Source: Octopus sinensis
Taxonomy: Eukaryota
Reading direction: 5' to 3'
Length of the DNA stretch: 64,000 bases
Assembly (NCBI RefSeq): GCF_006345805.1
Contig: NC_043000.1
Location: forward strand, 113,088,001 to 113,152,000
Both the position numbers and the translations under genes were made by a program. Positions within the stretch are counted from its first letter, which is position 1. Each line of letters begins with the position of its first letter. Positions 26,270 to 40,904 of the stretch are shown piece after piece. Below the pieces are notes generated by a model. That model saw only the letters and a program-made list of their open reading frames with translations. It made no database searches and was not told the DNA's origin.

Positions 26270-27230
26270 TAAGCCAGGGGCTGAGGCCATGCTGCTGCAC
26301 CACCTATCAGTGTGTTTGGTTTATCGTTTCTGTACTGTTTCTGGTGACGTAACGAGTTGGACGGAACCGTTCTTTATTGTCTCCCTACAATGTAGGTTCA
26401 TCTGGTATCTCAGATAAAAGTTTGTACACGCACTGTTTGAAGGCTTCCACATCTACAGATTGGTTGGCAGAACGTTGAGCAGTTGTGAACTCTTCAAAAT
26501 ACATGCTGTTACAGTACTGGCTCCTTGTTATTGATGGAGAAAACGGGATCTTTTACACTATGCTGTGTTGTCTAGTTCGGCGATCGGTATAGCATTCAAT
26601 TCGAAAGTAAGGAGCTAAACTTTCCAGGATTTTCCCTATGCGTATCACAGCATATAGTGGACACCTTCTCTCTAGGGAGCAGATCCTCACTTCCCTTAGC
26701 ATCCCTTGGTGATCCATCTGATTTACAGAGTCAATCTTCTTTGTATAGAGGCACTGGATTGACTTAGGTTCAGCCACCGGCTTGAGGTTCTGCGGTGACC
26801 ACATTTGGGAGCAGTAATCCATACAACTGAGAAGGAAAATCGTCTATAGGAATAGCATGGTATCCTTTTTCCTGGTTCCGAATGAACCCAGAGATTTGTA
26901 AATATTTTTATTGTCTTCCTTTAGCATTCGTACTTGCCCCTTGCTTTTTTTAACAACTTGTTTAAATACGTTAACACAATATAAAAATAAGAACTGTAAG
27001 ACGCAATCTCTTTGGAATTTTCCCCTTCTAGTATGGCTGAGATTCGTTCTCATAATTCCTCGTTTTATTGGGCTCTGGAACACTATTTGCCGTTTATTCA
27101 TAAAATGATTCACGTACCTACTCGCTATTCGTATTACATTATTCATCGATAATATTTCCACAACCTATTAGGGGAAGACCCTACTATCAAGCACCTAATT
27201 GTTAATCCATGTCCTGCGCATTTTACGCTT
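26270..27230 (-). mobile_element. Decayed CR1-clade LINE (RT remnant plus ORF2 C-terminus plus tail)
   Basis: ORF 26553-26822 (DYCSQMWSP..SLERR..RIECYTDRRTR) is paralogous to 9845-10336. Tail is cagcatggcctcagcc. Confidence 0.75.
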
Positions 27231-27393
27231 TTCGTCCGTTGTTTACTGTGGTCTCTTATGGATTTGCTGAATAATAATTAATTGTTAAAACCGTATCTGC
27301 CTTTTGAATTACCTCTGTTTTACACGAAATTGGGATCATTTTTCTGGGTGAACATTTAATTGTTGTAATATTATAGTACTACAAGCTGGTGCC

Positions 27394-27743
27394 GAGGTGC
27401 AATGGCCCGGTGGTTAGGGCAGCGGACTCGCGGTCACAGGATCGCGGTTTCCGTCGCTATGAGGGCTTATTGAGCGAAAACACTTAAAGTTCCACGAGGC
27501 GCCAGCAGGAGGTGGTGGAGAACCCTGCTGTATTCTTTCACCACAACTTTCTGTCACTCTTTCTTCCTGTTTCTGTTGTACCTGTATTTCAAAAGAGGCC
27601 AGCCTTGTCACACTCTGTGTCACGCTGAATCTCTCTGACGTGTCTTTGGAGTACTCAGCCACTTGCATGTTAATTTCATGAGCAGGCTGTTCCATTGATC
27701 AGATCAACTGGAACCCTCGTCGTCGTAACCAACGGAATGCCAC
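27394..27743 (+). mobile_element. tRNA-derived SINE, family C
   Basis: Matches 14801 and 59828. Confidence 0.9.
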
Positions 27744-28439
27744 GTCAATAAGCTCGTAGATTTTGCTGTTTGATACTCTTTTAAAACTTTATAAACGCAA
27801 TTATTCCGGCGAGGATTCAGTGGTCATTATATAATTTCCCTAACATTAGAAATTCCTCGTTAAATACTTCAATCAAAACTCTGTATCTTCATCATTTACT
27901 GTTTTGTTGCTGTTTATGTTTTTTTTCTTCTGGTATTATCTAAGTTATGGCCTTCCACCTTCCATCGTATCTTACCCTTAATCATAACATTCTCAGCTTT
28001 GATCGCCTTGCTTTGTATACTCTCCAAACTTTATCCCTCACGTGTTATAGAGACCACTCCCTATTCTTTCTATTATTGCTACAGTGCCACTTTTCTCTTT
28101 GGAGTTTCCTGGGCAGCTGGTATCACCTCGGTTCGGATACATCCGACTGATATCTTTCCTTCTTTACTTTCATTGGTATTATTCACCAGAATTCCCATTT
28201 TCTTCGTTTACCAATCCTTCCTTCTTACAACATAATGTATTGGAACTTTTACCTCAACTAGGGGACATTATATTTCTTGGTCGTCCTTCCTAAAAGCATC
28301 GCTTCGGTCAGCCCTTTCTTCCGTATCTGTGTGTAGTGACATATTACAAAACAAGATTGATTTCTCATTTTCTCAGACTTTTCTCTTCTATGCCTATACC
28401 GGTTTTCTGTTGGCATTCCATAATGCCTTTTTTTTCTGG

Positions 28440-28643
28440 TTGAATTTATTGCTGTGGTTGTTGTTGTTGTTGTTGTTCTTGTTCTTGTTCTTGTTCTTGT
28501 TCTTCTTCTTCTTCTTCTTCTTCTTCTTCTTCTTCTTCTTCTTCTTCTTCTTCTTCTTCTTCCTCTCCTTCTTCTTCTTATTATTATTATTATCATTATT
28601 ATTAGGACAGCTTCTGCTATATTGACAAAAAGTAGACAACATA

Positions 28644-28674
<31 letters not shown>

Positions 28675-28745
28675 AAGAAGAAGAAGAAGAAGAAAAGAAG
28701 AAGAAGAAGAAGAAGAAGAAGGGGACATAAAAATAGAAGAAGAAT
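28440..28745. repeat. (GTT)(CTT)(TTA) and (GAA)n microsatellite complex
   Basis: Direct inspection. Confidence 0.95.
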
Positions 28746-29149
28746 GTGTTAGAATTAGCATAGTACGTTTTGTTAATGTGTGAATGAAAGAATGAAATTG
28801 ATACAGAAATTTGAAATATCACATTGTAAGAAAAGAAAGAAAACTCAAAAAAAAAAGAGAAAAAATGGCGACATTTCGGTGAGTGACAACGAAATTGTCG
28901 TGAAACAGAAGTTGGGAGGACGCCATCTTTGTTTTATTTATATTTGATTTCATTCCGTTTTAAGAATAATATTCTGTTTGTTTACCATTTAGACAGATTC
29001 TTTTTTGTTGTTGCTGTTGTTTATTGATTAACTTTATTAGGTAGCTCATTTATTGTGCCACACCTCTACCTACATACCTACCGTGCACCCTTAATCAGCA
29101 TACTGTCGTAATATGTACTGTTGCAGGAGCTGGCGGTGGCAGAGGAAGC

Positions 29150-31055
29150 AGGATGGCGGTGATAATAGAATCAGAAATGAAGATAGTAGTGTTAGTAGTG
29201 GTGGTGGTGGCGTCTTAAATGACGTTGGTGGAGGTTGTGTACGTGATGGGGACGGTAATGAAGATGGTGGTAGTGGTGTTGGTAATTCTGGTGGTTGTAG
29301 AAGTGCAGGTGTTGGTGGGGTGGATGATGGTTGTGACGGTGGCTCTGAATGATGTGGTGTAGGTGGTAGATATGTAGATGGGGATCGTGTTAATGGTGGT
29401 GGACTGCGGTTGATAGTGGTTATAGTGAAAGGGGTATTGGTGGTAGTAGTTGTGGTGAAAGAAGTGGTAGTAATAGTAGTGGCATAGGTGGTGGTAGTGG
29501 TGGTGGTAGTGGTGGTAGTAGTGCAGTAGTGTAGTGGTAATGATAGTGGTAGTAGTGGCGGAAGTAGTGGTGGTAGTGGTTTTAATGGTATACCTGGTAG
29601 TGATAAGTGACGTCATAATGGTGAGTCGGATTCTTGAGATGTTAGAGATTGGGGCTTGGTAGTGGTTGTGATGGATGATGGTGGACGGTGATGGTGATAT
29701 TGGCAGTGTTGGCAGTGGTAGTGATGGTAACGATGATGATGATGATGATGTTGATGATGATGATGATGGTGGTGGTTGTAGTGGCTGTAGTGCTGTTAGT
29801 AATAATCTTGTTCGTTGTAGTAGTACTGGTGGTAGTTTCGGTTTAAGAGGAGGTGATGCTGATGAAGATGGTATGGGTAGTAGTTGTAGCAGTTGTGCTA
29901 ATTGTACTGGTTGTGGTGCGATGTTTGTTGTTTGTACTAATGGCAGTAGTCACGAGGTAATGGTGGGGGGGGGGATGATGACTATTGATGATGAGGAGGA
30001 GGAAGGGGATGTTAATAACGACAACGACGGTAATGGTGGTGATTGAAGTGGTGGTGTTGGTGGTGGTGTTGGTTGTGGTGGTGGTGGTGTTGATTGCTGT
30101 GGTGTTTGTGGCGATGCTGGTGGTTCTGGTGGTTGCGGTGGTAGTGGTTGTGACAATCGTGGTGATGATGATGATGGCGATGGCGGTGGCAATGGTAATG
30201 TTGGTGATGGTTGTAGTGGCTATGGTGGTGGCGATGGTTGTGGTGATTGTGGTGGTGATGGTGGTGGAAGTAGAGGTACTAGTGGAGGTGGACGTGCTGG
30301 TGGTGGAAGATGTGATGGTTATGATGATGATGAGGAGGATGTAGGTAGTGGTGGTATTGGTGCTAGTGGTATTGGTGTTGGTGGTGTTGGTGGTGGTAGT
30401 GGTTGCAGTAGTTGTGCTAATGATAGTGGAAGAAGCAGGAAGAAACGTCACGCTTGCCCCTCTCACACCCTTCTCACCGCGGCACTATTCATTTCCAAGA
30501 CGGGGAAAAAAAATGTCTTCGGGGCGAAATTCCAAACTTGATGTGAATAAATTTTAAAAGTTAGCCTGGCAAGTCATAATACGGTGACATCGACAACGAC
30601 GACAATTGCAATGACAACAACAATAACAACAACAACAACAAGAGCAGCAGCACCGCAACCACCACCACCACCACCACCACCACCACCACCACAACGATAA
30701 TGACTGCGGGAGCAGGAATCAACAATGGCGACGAAGACGATGACGACAGTGAGAACAAATATGGTTGCCACGTCAGAAACAACAACAACATGAATATGAT
30801 AATAGCAGCTGCAAGAACAAAGATAACGGTAACACACAACATGCTCAGTAACAACAAGAACGACTGCAACAACGACAACAACAGCAGCAGTAGCAATAGC
30901 AGCAGCAGCAGCAGCAGTAGCAGCAGCAGCGGTAACAAGAGCAATGACGACGTGTCCAACGACAGCATTCATGATAATTGTAACTTTAATATCAACTTAA
31001 ACGAAATCAACAACAATAATGATGATGATGATGATGATGATGATGATCATGGTGG

Positions 31056-31110
<55 letters not shown>

Positions 31111-31420
31111 CATGGTGGTGGTGGTGGTGGTGGTGGTGATGATGATGATGATGGTGGTGATGATGATGATGATGATGATGGTGGTGATGATGATGACGAT
31201 GGTAGTGGTGGTGATGATGATGATGGTGATGTTGATGATGATGATGATGATAATATAAAACAAAAACACGATATCACCACCAACACACCACCACCATCAT
31301 CTTCATCATCATCGCTATCCTCATCATCGTCATCTTCATCATCGTCGTCGTCGTCGTCGTTGTCATCGTTCTCATCATCACCATCATCATCATCATCATC
31401 ATTATCAACAGCAATTGTGC
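29150..31420 (+). repeat. ~2.3-kb trinucleotide mosaic (GGT/GAT/AGT/AAC/AGC/CAT)
   Basis: Direct inspection. Source of many artefactual ORFs. Confidence 0.95.
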
Positions 31421-31479
31421 CTATCACAATTATAACACTGGTAACACCGTGCGGTCATAAGATCTGCCAGAAATAGAAG

Positions 31480-31757
31480 TCAAGTCGCTTGCATATTACA
31501 CCCTGGAAATGAACTTTTTAAAAGTAATCATGAATTCATGGAGATCCACCCTCATTTTAAACCATACATAAAGACATACCACCTCACCAGACATCAATAT
31601 CGTCTGTGATATCTTTCAAGGTGACTCATTATCACCATTACTATTCTTCCACGCTCTGCTCCTATTATCCATACAACTGAATAATGCTAAGAGAGGGTAT
31701 AAGATCTTGACCAGAAAATTAATCATCTACTCTATATTAATGATCTAAACCTGTTTG
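31480..31757 (+). mobile_element. R4/Dong RT fragment
   Basis: Decayed IFQGDSLSPLLF..INHLLYINDL motifs. Confidence 0.75.
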
Positions 31758-31759
31758 TT

Positions 31760-32620
31760 ATATCCTGCCTTTCTTGATATTTGAGGGGGGCATTGGCGTC
31801 TTCTATGTCCCTGACCCAATGTGCTTTCTGATTAAACTCTTTCGGATTACTCCAAATGTTTTTTCCAAAAATGTACAGTTTGCTGCTAAGGAGGAGATGT
31901 TTTCACAGTAATGGGGTTTTCCCCAGTTCCCTGTAAAAAATTTTTTGTGTTCTCCTTGAATTGCATGCTTTGTCTATGGAATGCTGAGCGTTTTTTTTTC
32001 TATCTTGCCATTCGTCTGCTTCTTAATTGTAGTTTTTGCTTGAGGATTTCAAACTGGGTATCCTTTGTTTTCATGTAAAGGTCATGTTTAGCAATGACTC
32101 TTATTAGTTTGTTGGGTTTATTAATTTTCTCTTTGCTTGCTTCAAGTAGAAAAGATACATCTGCTCTTAGTTGCATTATTTGCCGGTTTGTTCTTTTCAT
32201 CCATGCAGGCTGTTTGTGTACATTGTACTTGTTTTTTTCTATCTCTAATTTCAATGCCGCATTTCTTAGTTCCAACATAAGCAGCTGAGTAAATATGTTG
32301 ATCAATCACTCCGAGGGTATTTTCTCTACTATTCTCAAGGGGTCGTGGTATCAGCTTTCCAAGTGTTCGATCAACTTCCTTGATTATTTTTCTCTTCTTA
32401 TCAGTAATAATAATTTTAGGAAGTGGGGCACTTTCGTGGAAAGGTTGGTGTAGTTCTATTAGATATTGTTCTAGTATTCCATCTAACAGTTCATTGCTGA
32501 CGTGATCATTTATACTGTTTTTAGTATCAACAGATAGTCCACCTTCATAGTGTTCTGTGTACCTAGCTTGCCGGTTTCAATTAGTGATTTCAGAGCTTTT
32601 TACCTGAGGGTTATTAGTGA
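31760..32620 (-). mobile_element. R4/Dong pre-RT (N-terminal) fragment
   Basis: PAWMKR..IMQLRADVS..EILKQKLQLRSRRMAR parallels the region preceding the RT at about 46800-47050. Confidence 0.65.
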
Positions 32621-32654
32621 GTGTGTGTTATACTGAATTGAGTTTTGACTGATG

Positions 32655-32681
32655 TAACTATTATTATTATCATTATTATTA

Positions 32682-32768
<87 letters not shown>

Positions 32769-32855
32769 TATTACTATTATTATTATTATTATTATTACTA
32801 TTATTACTATTATTATTATTATTATTACTATTATTATTATTATTATTATTATTAT

Positions 32856-32921
<66 letters not shown>

Positions 32922-32926
32922 TAGTG

Positions 32927-32982
<56 letters not shown>
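32655..32982 (+). repeat. (ATT)n-(AGT)n microsatellite
   Basis: Direct inspection. Confidence 0.95.
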
Positions 32983-32983
<1 letters not shown>

Positions 32984-33195
32984 TTAAAACAGTGAGATGA
33001 CGTTAGCGCATCAGGCAAAAAAGCTTAGTGCCGTTTCTACCAGCTCTTTACCTTCAGAGTTAAAATCCCGACGAAATCACCTTCAACCTTCATCCTTCCA
33101 GTTTCTACGCATTAAGTAACTTGCAGGTACTGAGGTAGATGTAATCACTGAGACCCTCCTCTGAAAGGGCTGGAGCTGTGTCAAAATTTGAAACA

Positions 33196-33330
33196 GTTAG
33201 TATAGTTCGCTTTTAGTGCACGAATGAGAACATCTCTGTCTCTTGGGTATGCGCCGTCTTTTGTTTCGGTTTCGTTAATTCCTTGTATTAAAAGTACAAC
33301 AGACACATACACGTCGAACGTAATCCTCGG
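33196..33330 (-). CDS. Candidate exon resembling the N-terminal half of a SEA-like domain
   Basis: Within ORF 33181-33414: FDVYVSVVLLIQGINETETKDGAYPRDRDVLIRALKANYTN shows a strand-loop-helix pattern. Splice boundaries are uncertain. Confidence 0.3.
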
Positions 33331-34017
33331 GCAGATAATATAATTCGATTTGGGGATCACAAAATACATAAATGCAAACGGCAAGATCAAGTATTTGAAC
33401 TTTGGTATAATCAATTAGGATTCATATATGATTAAACACGGCCAACGTCAGTCTTAACCCAGTAACATATTTAGTAATTGGTTAATGTTTTTGGTGAGTC
33501 ACGTTTTGGAATACCCTATCATGTTCTTGCTGTTATTTGCAGGAGTAAGTGGGGAGCACTGATTGGGTACAATACTATTTTCAACTATAGCCTTTCAGAC
33601 AATATTATTTTCAAACATAGCCTTTCTAGGAATACATTACAAAATGTGAACTTCATGATGTTGCCTGGAGAAGATAAGGATATTATTTATAGCATATAGT
33701 GTTACCACACAAAACGATTTCAAATCATTCTATGAATACTAACCTATCTCTATTAATACTTGTAAAAATGCGTCAGCCCCACGATATTGTTAGTCTCGCA
33801 TATAGCGTAACTTAAATTCCTCTCTCTCACTCACTGTTGTGCTTTTTCTTGTGTGAGTGTCGTGCGCGTATCTGTGTCTGCATGTGTACGAGGTTCTAGG
33901 CTGAGCAACTCAAAGGTACTCTCTCTTTTCTCATTCTCTATTCTCTCTCTCTCTCTCGCACTTTCTCTCTCTCACTCTCTGAATATATATAAATATATTT
34001 ATTATTTTATTGATTTC

Positions 34018-34918
34018 TTTGTTTCAGTCATTTGACTGCAGCCACCCTGGAGCACCGTCTCTGGTCGAACAAACTGACCCCAGGACTTATTCGTTGTAAG
34101 TCTAGTACTTATTTGCCGAAGCGCTAGATCGCGTGGACATAAACACACAAATATCGGTTGTCAAGCGATGGTGGGAGACAAACACAGAGACACAAATGCT
34201 CGCGCGCACACACACACATATGTATGTATATATATATATTATATATATATACTAGCAGTATCGCCCGGCGTTGCTCGGGTTTGTAAGGGAAATAACTATA
34301 TAAGCATTTTAGAGAGTTACTTCCCTCATAAATTCGGGCTTTCTTAGCCATTTTTTTTTGGTGTCTTCAAGCCATTAAGTCGTTGTTCTAAAAGAACGCT
34401 GGTTTCCTTCACACGCATTATGACGTTGATTTCTTTACACTCCCTTCCCCACAGCTTCACGAGGGAGGAAGGGGAGAAGCAAACAGGTGCAGCTGTGAGC
34501 GTGGACGCCAACTCCGCCGCCATCGACATACGATGCATTTTATGCATTAAAATGGAATAAAAAATGATGTTAAATTATTTTTTAAATCGTAGACTCATCG
34601 TTGACACGCGCTAATTCAGACGGGCTCGATATGAATCACGACTATAAGATACCCGAATTTGGTTCAACTGCACCGCAAAATGTGGGAGGAGTTAGGAATC
34701 TAAATCGAAGGGGACAGACACTCACACAACTAGAGTTTTATATATAGATATATATATATATATATATGACGGTCTTCTTTCAGTTTCCATCTACGAAATC
34801 CACTCACAAGGCTTTGGTCAGCGCGAGGGTATAGTAGAAGACACTTTACCAAGGTGCCACACAGTGCGACTGAACCCGGAACCATATGTTTGGTAAGCAA
34901 GCTATTTACCACACAGCC
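34018..34918 (-). mobile_element. SINE family D interrupted by a Helitron
   Basis: Tail at 34018-34200 and head at 34767-34918 match the intact copy at 60990-61374. Confidence 0.85.
34252..34748 (-). mobile_element. Non-autonomous Helitron
   Basis: Minus strand has a 5' TC (34748), a cccgagcaacgccggg hairpin and a 3' CTAG, inserted between A and T. Confidence 0.8.
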
Positions 34919-34978
34919 TCACACACACACACACGCACGCACACACACACAGACACACACACACAGACACACACACAA

Positions 34979-35030
<52 letters not shown>

Positions 35031-35599
35031 TTAAGCCGTTTTCGTTACACCGACGATGATTAAACTTGACAGAATTTCGAAGTCACTGTCAACGATGTTC
35101 TTTTTTAAAAGTAAACTTACACCCTACAAAGCATAGGGTAATCCCTCTGATTAATGTATTTCTTTTAATTATAACTAAACATAAGAACAAACATTAACAT
35201 ACATATAAATTGAAAAATTATTATTTCTAAATCTCTCAAAGAGAGACATTCACTAACAGTTCTTTTAAGTAAAGGCTATTTGCCAACATAATGTGGCTGT
35301 CCTTTAAGGGACGATGTTACTGTTGTTTTAGGCCCAAGAATCACCGTTTCTAGCTGGCTGTACGTCATAATATCTATGTCCTTATATTTTGGAACAGGGA
35401 GTTTTACACCCCCACCTAGCGCAAAACATCAGTGGAATACTTTCTGTGTCGTTGCCCTTTATCAACACAGAGTATCGGCTTGGCTAGATGGCGTTGCTGA
35501 ATTCACCGTCATATATACATACATATTCATATATGTATATGTATGTATATACATATATGTGTATGTGTATATTTTTATACGTACACACACACACACGCA

Positions 35600-35656
<57 letters not shown>

Positions 35657-35685
35657 ATATATATACGCACATAAAATAAATAATA

Positions 35686-35936
35686 AATCCGCCCTTTTTT
35701 AAAGCCTAGGCAGGCTCATGGGCCCCATTTCCCGGTTTCTACGGCATATATGTTCCCCAGCTGGACGGGACGCCAGTTCATCGCAGCGTTAATCATTTTT
35801 GTCAGCTGAGTGGATTTGAGCAACGTGAAATGAAGTGTTTTGCTCAAGAACACAACGCGTCACCTGGTCCAGGAATCGAAACCATAATCTTACGATCATG
35901 GTGCAGACACCCTAACCGCTAAGCCACGCGCCCCCA
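35686..35936 (-). mobile_element. tRNA-derived SINE, family B
   Basis: Inverse match to 3144-3377. Confidence 0.85.
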
Positions 35937-36159
35937 CATATATACATACACACACAGTCAAAAGGTTAGAGCTAGAGATGCCAAGTGTAGATAACATGGA
36001 CTAGTGCGCAAATGGCTGGAATTTTAACTCCGAAAAACTTTATCGAGGACTAGGTCTACGGTTTAAAGGCTGGCTATAGAGAAATCCAAGTGATATGGAG
36101 ATAGCGATGCCGGATAATTTTGGGTTGTATGTAAAAAAATTACAGTAGGATCAGTCAAT

Positions 36160-36300
36160 TATTATTTTATTCAACACATTCCTTTCTTAGATTCACACAC
36201 GTATTGCAGACAGCGGTCCTTCAAATTTTCTAGGCTCTGTAGAAGAACTCGGAAGTTTGGGGCTCGAACCAGTCCTTTCGCGTTACCGTTCCAGCCATGA
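36160..36300 (-). mobile_element. Mariner-like transposase C-terminal remnant (similar pieces at 43490-43625 and 43740-43830)
   Basis: Minus frame DRCLQYVCESKKG / GPLQYVCESEGYYI resembles mariner C-termini. Three related copies. Confidence 0.5.
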
Positions 36301-36390
36301 CTTTTCAGCGCCCTCTCGTTTATACGTATATATTTAAATACACACACACTCATACACATACACACACGCACACACACACACACACACACG

Positions 36391-36428
<38 letters not shown>

Positions 36429-36675
36429 CCTATGTATGTCTATATGTGCACATGTATATACGTATGTTTATATATATCTTATGTAATGTAATCATGTTTA
36501 TATCTAAATATTAAATAGTTTCATACTCACACACACGCGCACAGAGAGATACACACACACAAACATTATCCATCTATCTATCTATATATCTATCTATCTA
36601 TCTATCTATATATCTATCTATCTATCTATCTATCTATTTCTATCTATCTATCTATGTATCTATTTATATATATAT

Positions 36676-36736
<61 letters not shown>

Positions 36737-37218
36737 GTAAATACATACATATATATACACACATCTGCATAACACATGTATATTTACACGCTCGCACAGA
36801 CATACATAGATTCGCACACATGTGTATATATCGATGTATTATGTATGTCTGTGTTCATGCACGAGGCCATATTACGTGTTCCTCGAAGTATAATTCATTA
36901 AATCTTCCGTATTTGATCAAGGTGAATCTATTCAATTTTCCCTTCTATATAATTAAATGTTTTAACAATATTCTAAGACATCATGCATGGAACACAAACA
37001 TTCATTATTCCATACAAACAGAACTTTCCGAAAGTGAGGAATCCATGAAAGGCTGAGTACAATTAACTTGGTTCGAAACTTACTTCTTTTATTATCGAGT
37101 TGTTAGCTGATGTGAGATAACATTCTTCAGATAAGACGCTTGCTTACTTCTTCATACACTCACACACACGGGTAGACACACCTGCGGGAGAGCACGCACA
37201 CATGAGCATAATACTTAC

Positions 37219-37250
<32 letters not shown>

Positions 37251-37692
37251 TTTTATATACATATATGTATACATATACATATATATGTATACATATACAT
37301 ACACATACAAACATATATATATATATAGATACATATATACAAACATATGTATGTATATACACATACAAAGTTATATATAATACATGCATATATGTATACA
37401 CATACACACTCACACACACGCGCGTTCAAGCATGTATATATATTTACATAAATGTAATTCACTCTATACTGATGCATGTGTATTACATACATACATATAT
37501 ATATATAATATATATATATCTATATATATATATATATATATCATATATAAATATATATATATTCATATATATATATATATATATATGAACATATGTATAT
37601 ATATATATATGCGCACATGCACATGTGTGTGTGCGTATGTGAGTGTTTCTAGTATATGATACATATATATATATGTATATATATATATATTT

Positions 37693-37732
<40 letters not shown>

Positions 37733-38346
37733 ATATACACGCATTCATATACTCACCCATATGGACATTGCATGCATATCGATAGCTGGATCTCCGCATA
37801 TATGCGTGTTTGTATGACTGTATGTGAGTGTGTAACCTCAGAAATCGATACCTATTTTCGGCACACAAAGACATAATTATTATCCATATCTGCACCACAC
37901 CCAACCATCCCCAGCTGACGTCCCCGCCACCTTCATCTTCATCCTCCTCCTCATCATCATCATCATTGATATCATCGTAAATTACATGAAATGAACCAGA
38001 CGTGTTAAAAATTGAGGCAAAGTCCCAACCCGAACCCCAGCCCACATCCCACACACGTTCACTCACATTGCAATACAACCACACACATCAACGCATGTAT
38101 ACATATATATATATATATATTCTATGAAATATATGTATATATATATATATATATATATGTATTAGTTTCGTATAGGCCAATGCATGAGCATACATCCTGA
38201 ATGTCGTGACAAATGAACAATTACACGTATAATTAATTAATAGAAATTAACAATAATAATACCTATTGCAACAAAAACTCTCCATAAACGCCGCAGATGC
38301 AACCATCACCACCAGCGCCACTACCAACAACCACAACAGCCTTCAT

Positions 38347-38412
<66 letters not shown>

Positions 38413-39042
38413 CACTACTACTACTTCTGTAATCGATTGATAATACGTCGTGCCGTATATAGGCGAGAGTTTCTGCCGATTATTTGCTTGAAGGTATAGG
38501 AAGGACCTCTTTCGTCTTTTGAAAAACACGTGCTACATTCTTCCTTGTCTTTTCTTAGATGAATCCATCGGGCTAGTAATTTGTGCCTCTCGTGACGTAT
38601 CACTCTTCATTTTTCTTTGCTATTTTTTCTTTCATTATTTATTATTCTTCTTTTTTATTGACGCAGCGGATTCATATCCAACGCCTCTCTTTGATTCGCA
38701 AAGCTGGCAAAGTTATTTTCTTAAAAAATTATTATTTTTAACTCTATTCTTTTTCCTTTTTATTTGTTAAAGTGATGTCTCTATCCACAGATGAGCTTCC
38801 GTCTTCAATTTTCCTCATTTTGGTTTGTTTCTGTTTGGGAAATTCTCAAACTATTTTAGAAAGTTTGGCGAGTGTATTTAGTGCCAAGAAGAAGGAATTA
38901 ATACTAAATAAGGTTTTAGCAGAAGCATGAAAATATATAGCAGAGTATTGTAGTTCGCTTGAAGCATTGTGTATTGTTTGTAAAGAAAAAAAAGTTTGAA
39001 TGGTACAACAATGCACTATAATACAGACAATGGGCTATATAC

Positions 39043-39149
39043 CTGTTGTAATTTAGTCATTCATAGTCTGATAATATTTTTGAATAAAATTGCTTCTTCA
39101 GATATTCTTCGATGGAGTCGCTGCTATAATCGGTTTTCCAACGGTTTGT
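39043..39149 (-). other. Candidate non-coding or 5'UTR exon (possible start ATGACTAAATTACAACAG at its end)
   Basis: Strong acceptor aaattttctttttag| and donor caacag|gtatat. Stops in all three frames. Confidence 0.25.
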
Positions 39150-39393
39150 CTAAAAAGAAAATTTTCTCATCCAACGTAATGGGGACAGACAGAAAAACTC
39201 ACTAAATTCTTTGTTGGCAAGATATTAAAAAAATTCAAGCCAAAAATGTTACAATCTAAGAATTCTCCGAAGACATGTAACAGAAGGCCACTCGGCATGG
39301 ATAGATACAAAAGAGCCGCCAATACAAACAACAAGAGCAACAACAACGGCCACAATAACAATCACAACACCAAGTTATTAGTTTTAGAGTTGA

Positions 39394-39778
39394 CTAGCAG
39401 TATCGCCCGGCGTTGCTCGGTTTTGTATGGGAAATAACTATATAAGCATTTTTAGAGAGTTATAGTCAAAAAATGCATTAAAAATGGGAAAAAAATTATG
39501 GTAAATTTTTTTTTAATCGTTGACTCATCATAGATATTTTTAGAGAGTTACTTCCCTTATATAATAGCGAAAAATGCATTAAAATGAAAAAAAATTATGG
39601 TAAATTTTATTTTAAATCGTAGACACATCGTAGACGCGCGTTAATACCCAGAAGGGCTCGATATGAATCACGACTATAAGATACCCGGTTTTGGTTAAAC
39701 TGCACCGCAAAATGTGGGAGTAGTTAGGAATCTAAATCGTAGGAGACAGACACACAACTTCTCTTTTATATATAAAGA
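39394..39778 (-). mobile_element. Non-autonomous Helitron, second copy
   Basis: Same TC, hairpin and CTAG termini as 34252-34748, with a different internal arrangement. Confidence 0.8.
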
Positions 39779-40274
39779 TTTTCGTAATTTCATTTGTTGC
39801 TTCATCACGGTTGAAGATTTCTTTGTGTGTGCGTATGTCTGTTTGTGCCTCTGTGTGTGTGTGTGTGTGTGTGTGACTTTTGTTTCTATGATAGTGGTTG
39901 TAGTGACAGTTCTTTAAGGTGTTCTGCAGAATGCTTCCCTGGCATTCTATTAACCTTCGGAGTTTTAACTTGAGACGAACTTTTAGTACGCAATTTCTCT
40001 TTTATTCCCAACAATATCCCATTCAGTCTATTATTGGCCCTGGTCTCTTTCCACCGCGAGTTCTTGGACTCGAAGATCTCTGAAGCACATCGAAGAGATT
40101 TTACTGTGTGTTCGCATTTTGTGCGTATGTGTGCAGGGCCTTGGGGGTAGAAGCTCTGGCAGAAAATTTTCTAGCGTAGTGAATACTCTTGAAGCCATTG
40201 TTCTTGTTCTTCTTGTTCTTCTTGTTCTTCTTCTTGTTCTTCTTCTTCTTCTTCTTCTTCTTCTTCTTCTTCTT

Positions 40275-40392
<118 letters not shown>

Positions 40393-40427
40393 TTCTTCTT
40401 CTTCTTCTTATTATTATTATTATTATT

Positions 40428-40874
<447 letters not shown>

Positions 40875-40904
40875 TAGTAGTAGTAGTATAGTAGTAGTAG
40901 TATA

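Noticed and set aside
29079-29118. Missing SEA linker exon ending G-S (ggtag|gtatgt)
   Set aside because: All three frames contain stops within the segment.
33520-33670. Plus-strand ttgcag-GA-gtaagt 2-nt microexon signal, an adjacent 30-bp tandem duplication and a minus-strand acceptor
   Set aside because: Signals on the two strands conflict and no open frame links to the neighbours. Cannot be distinguished from chance.
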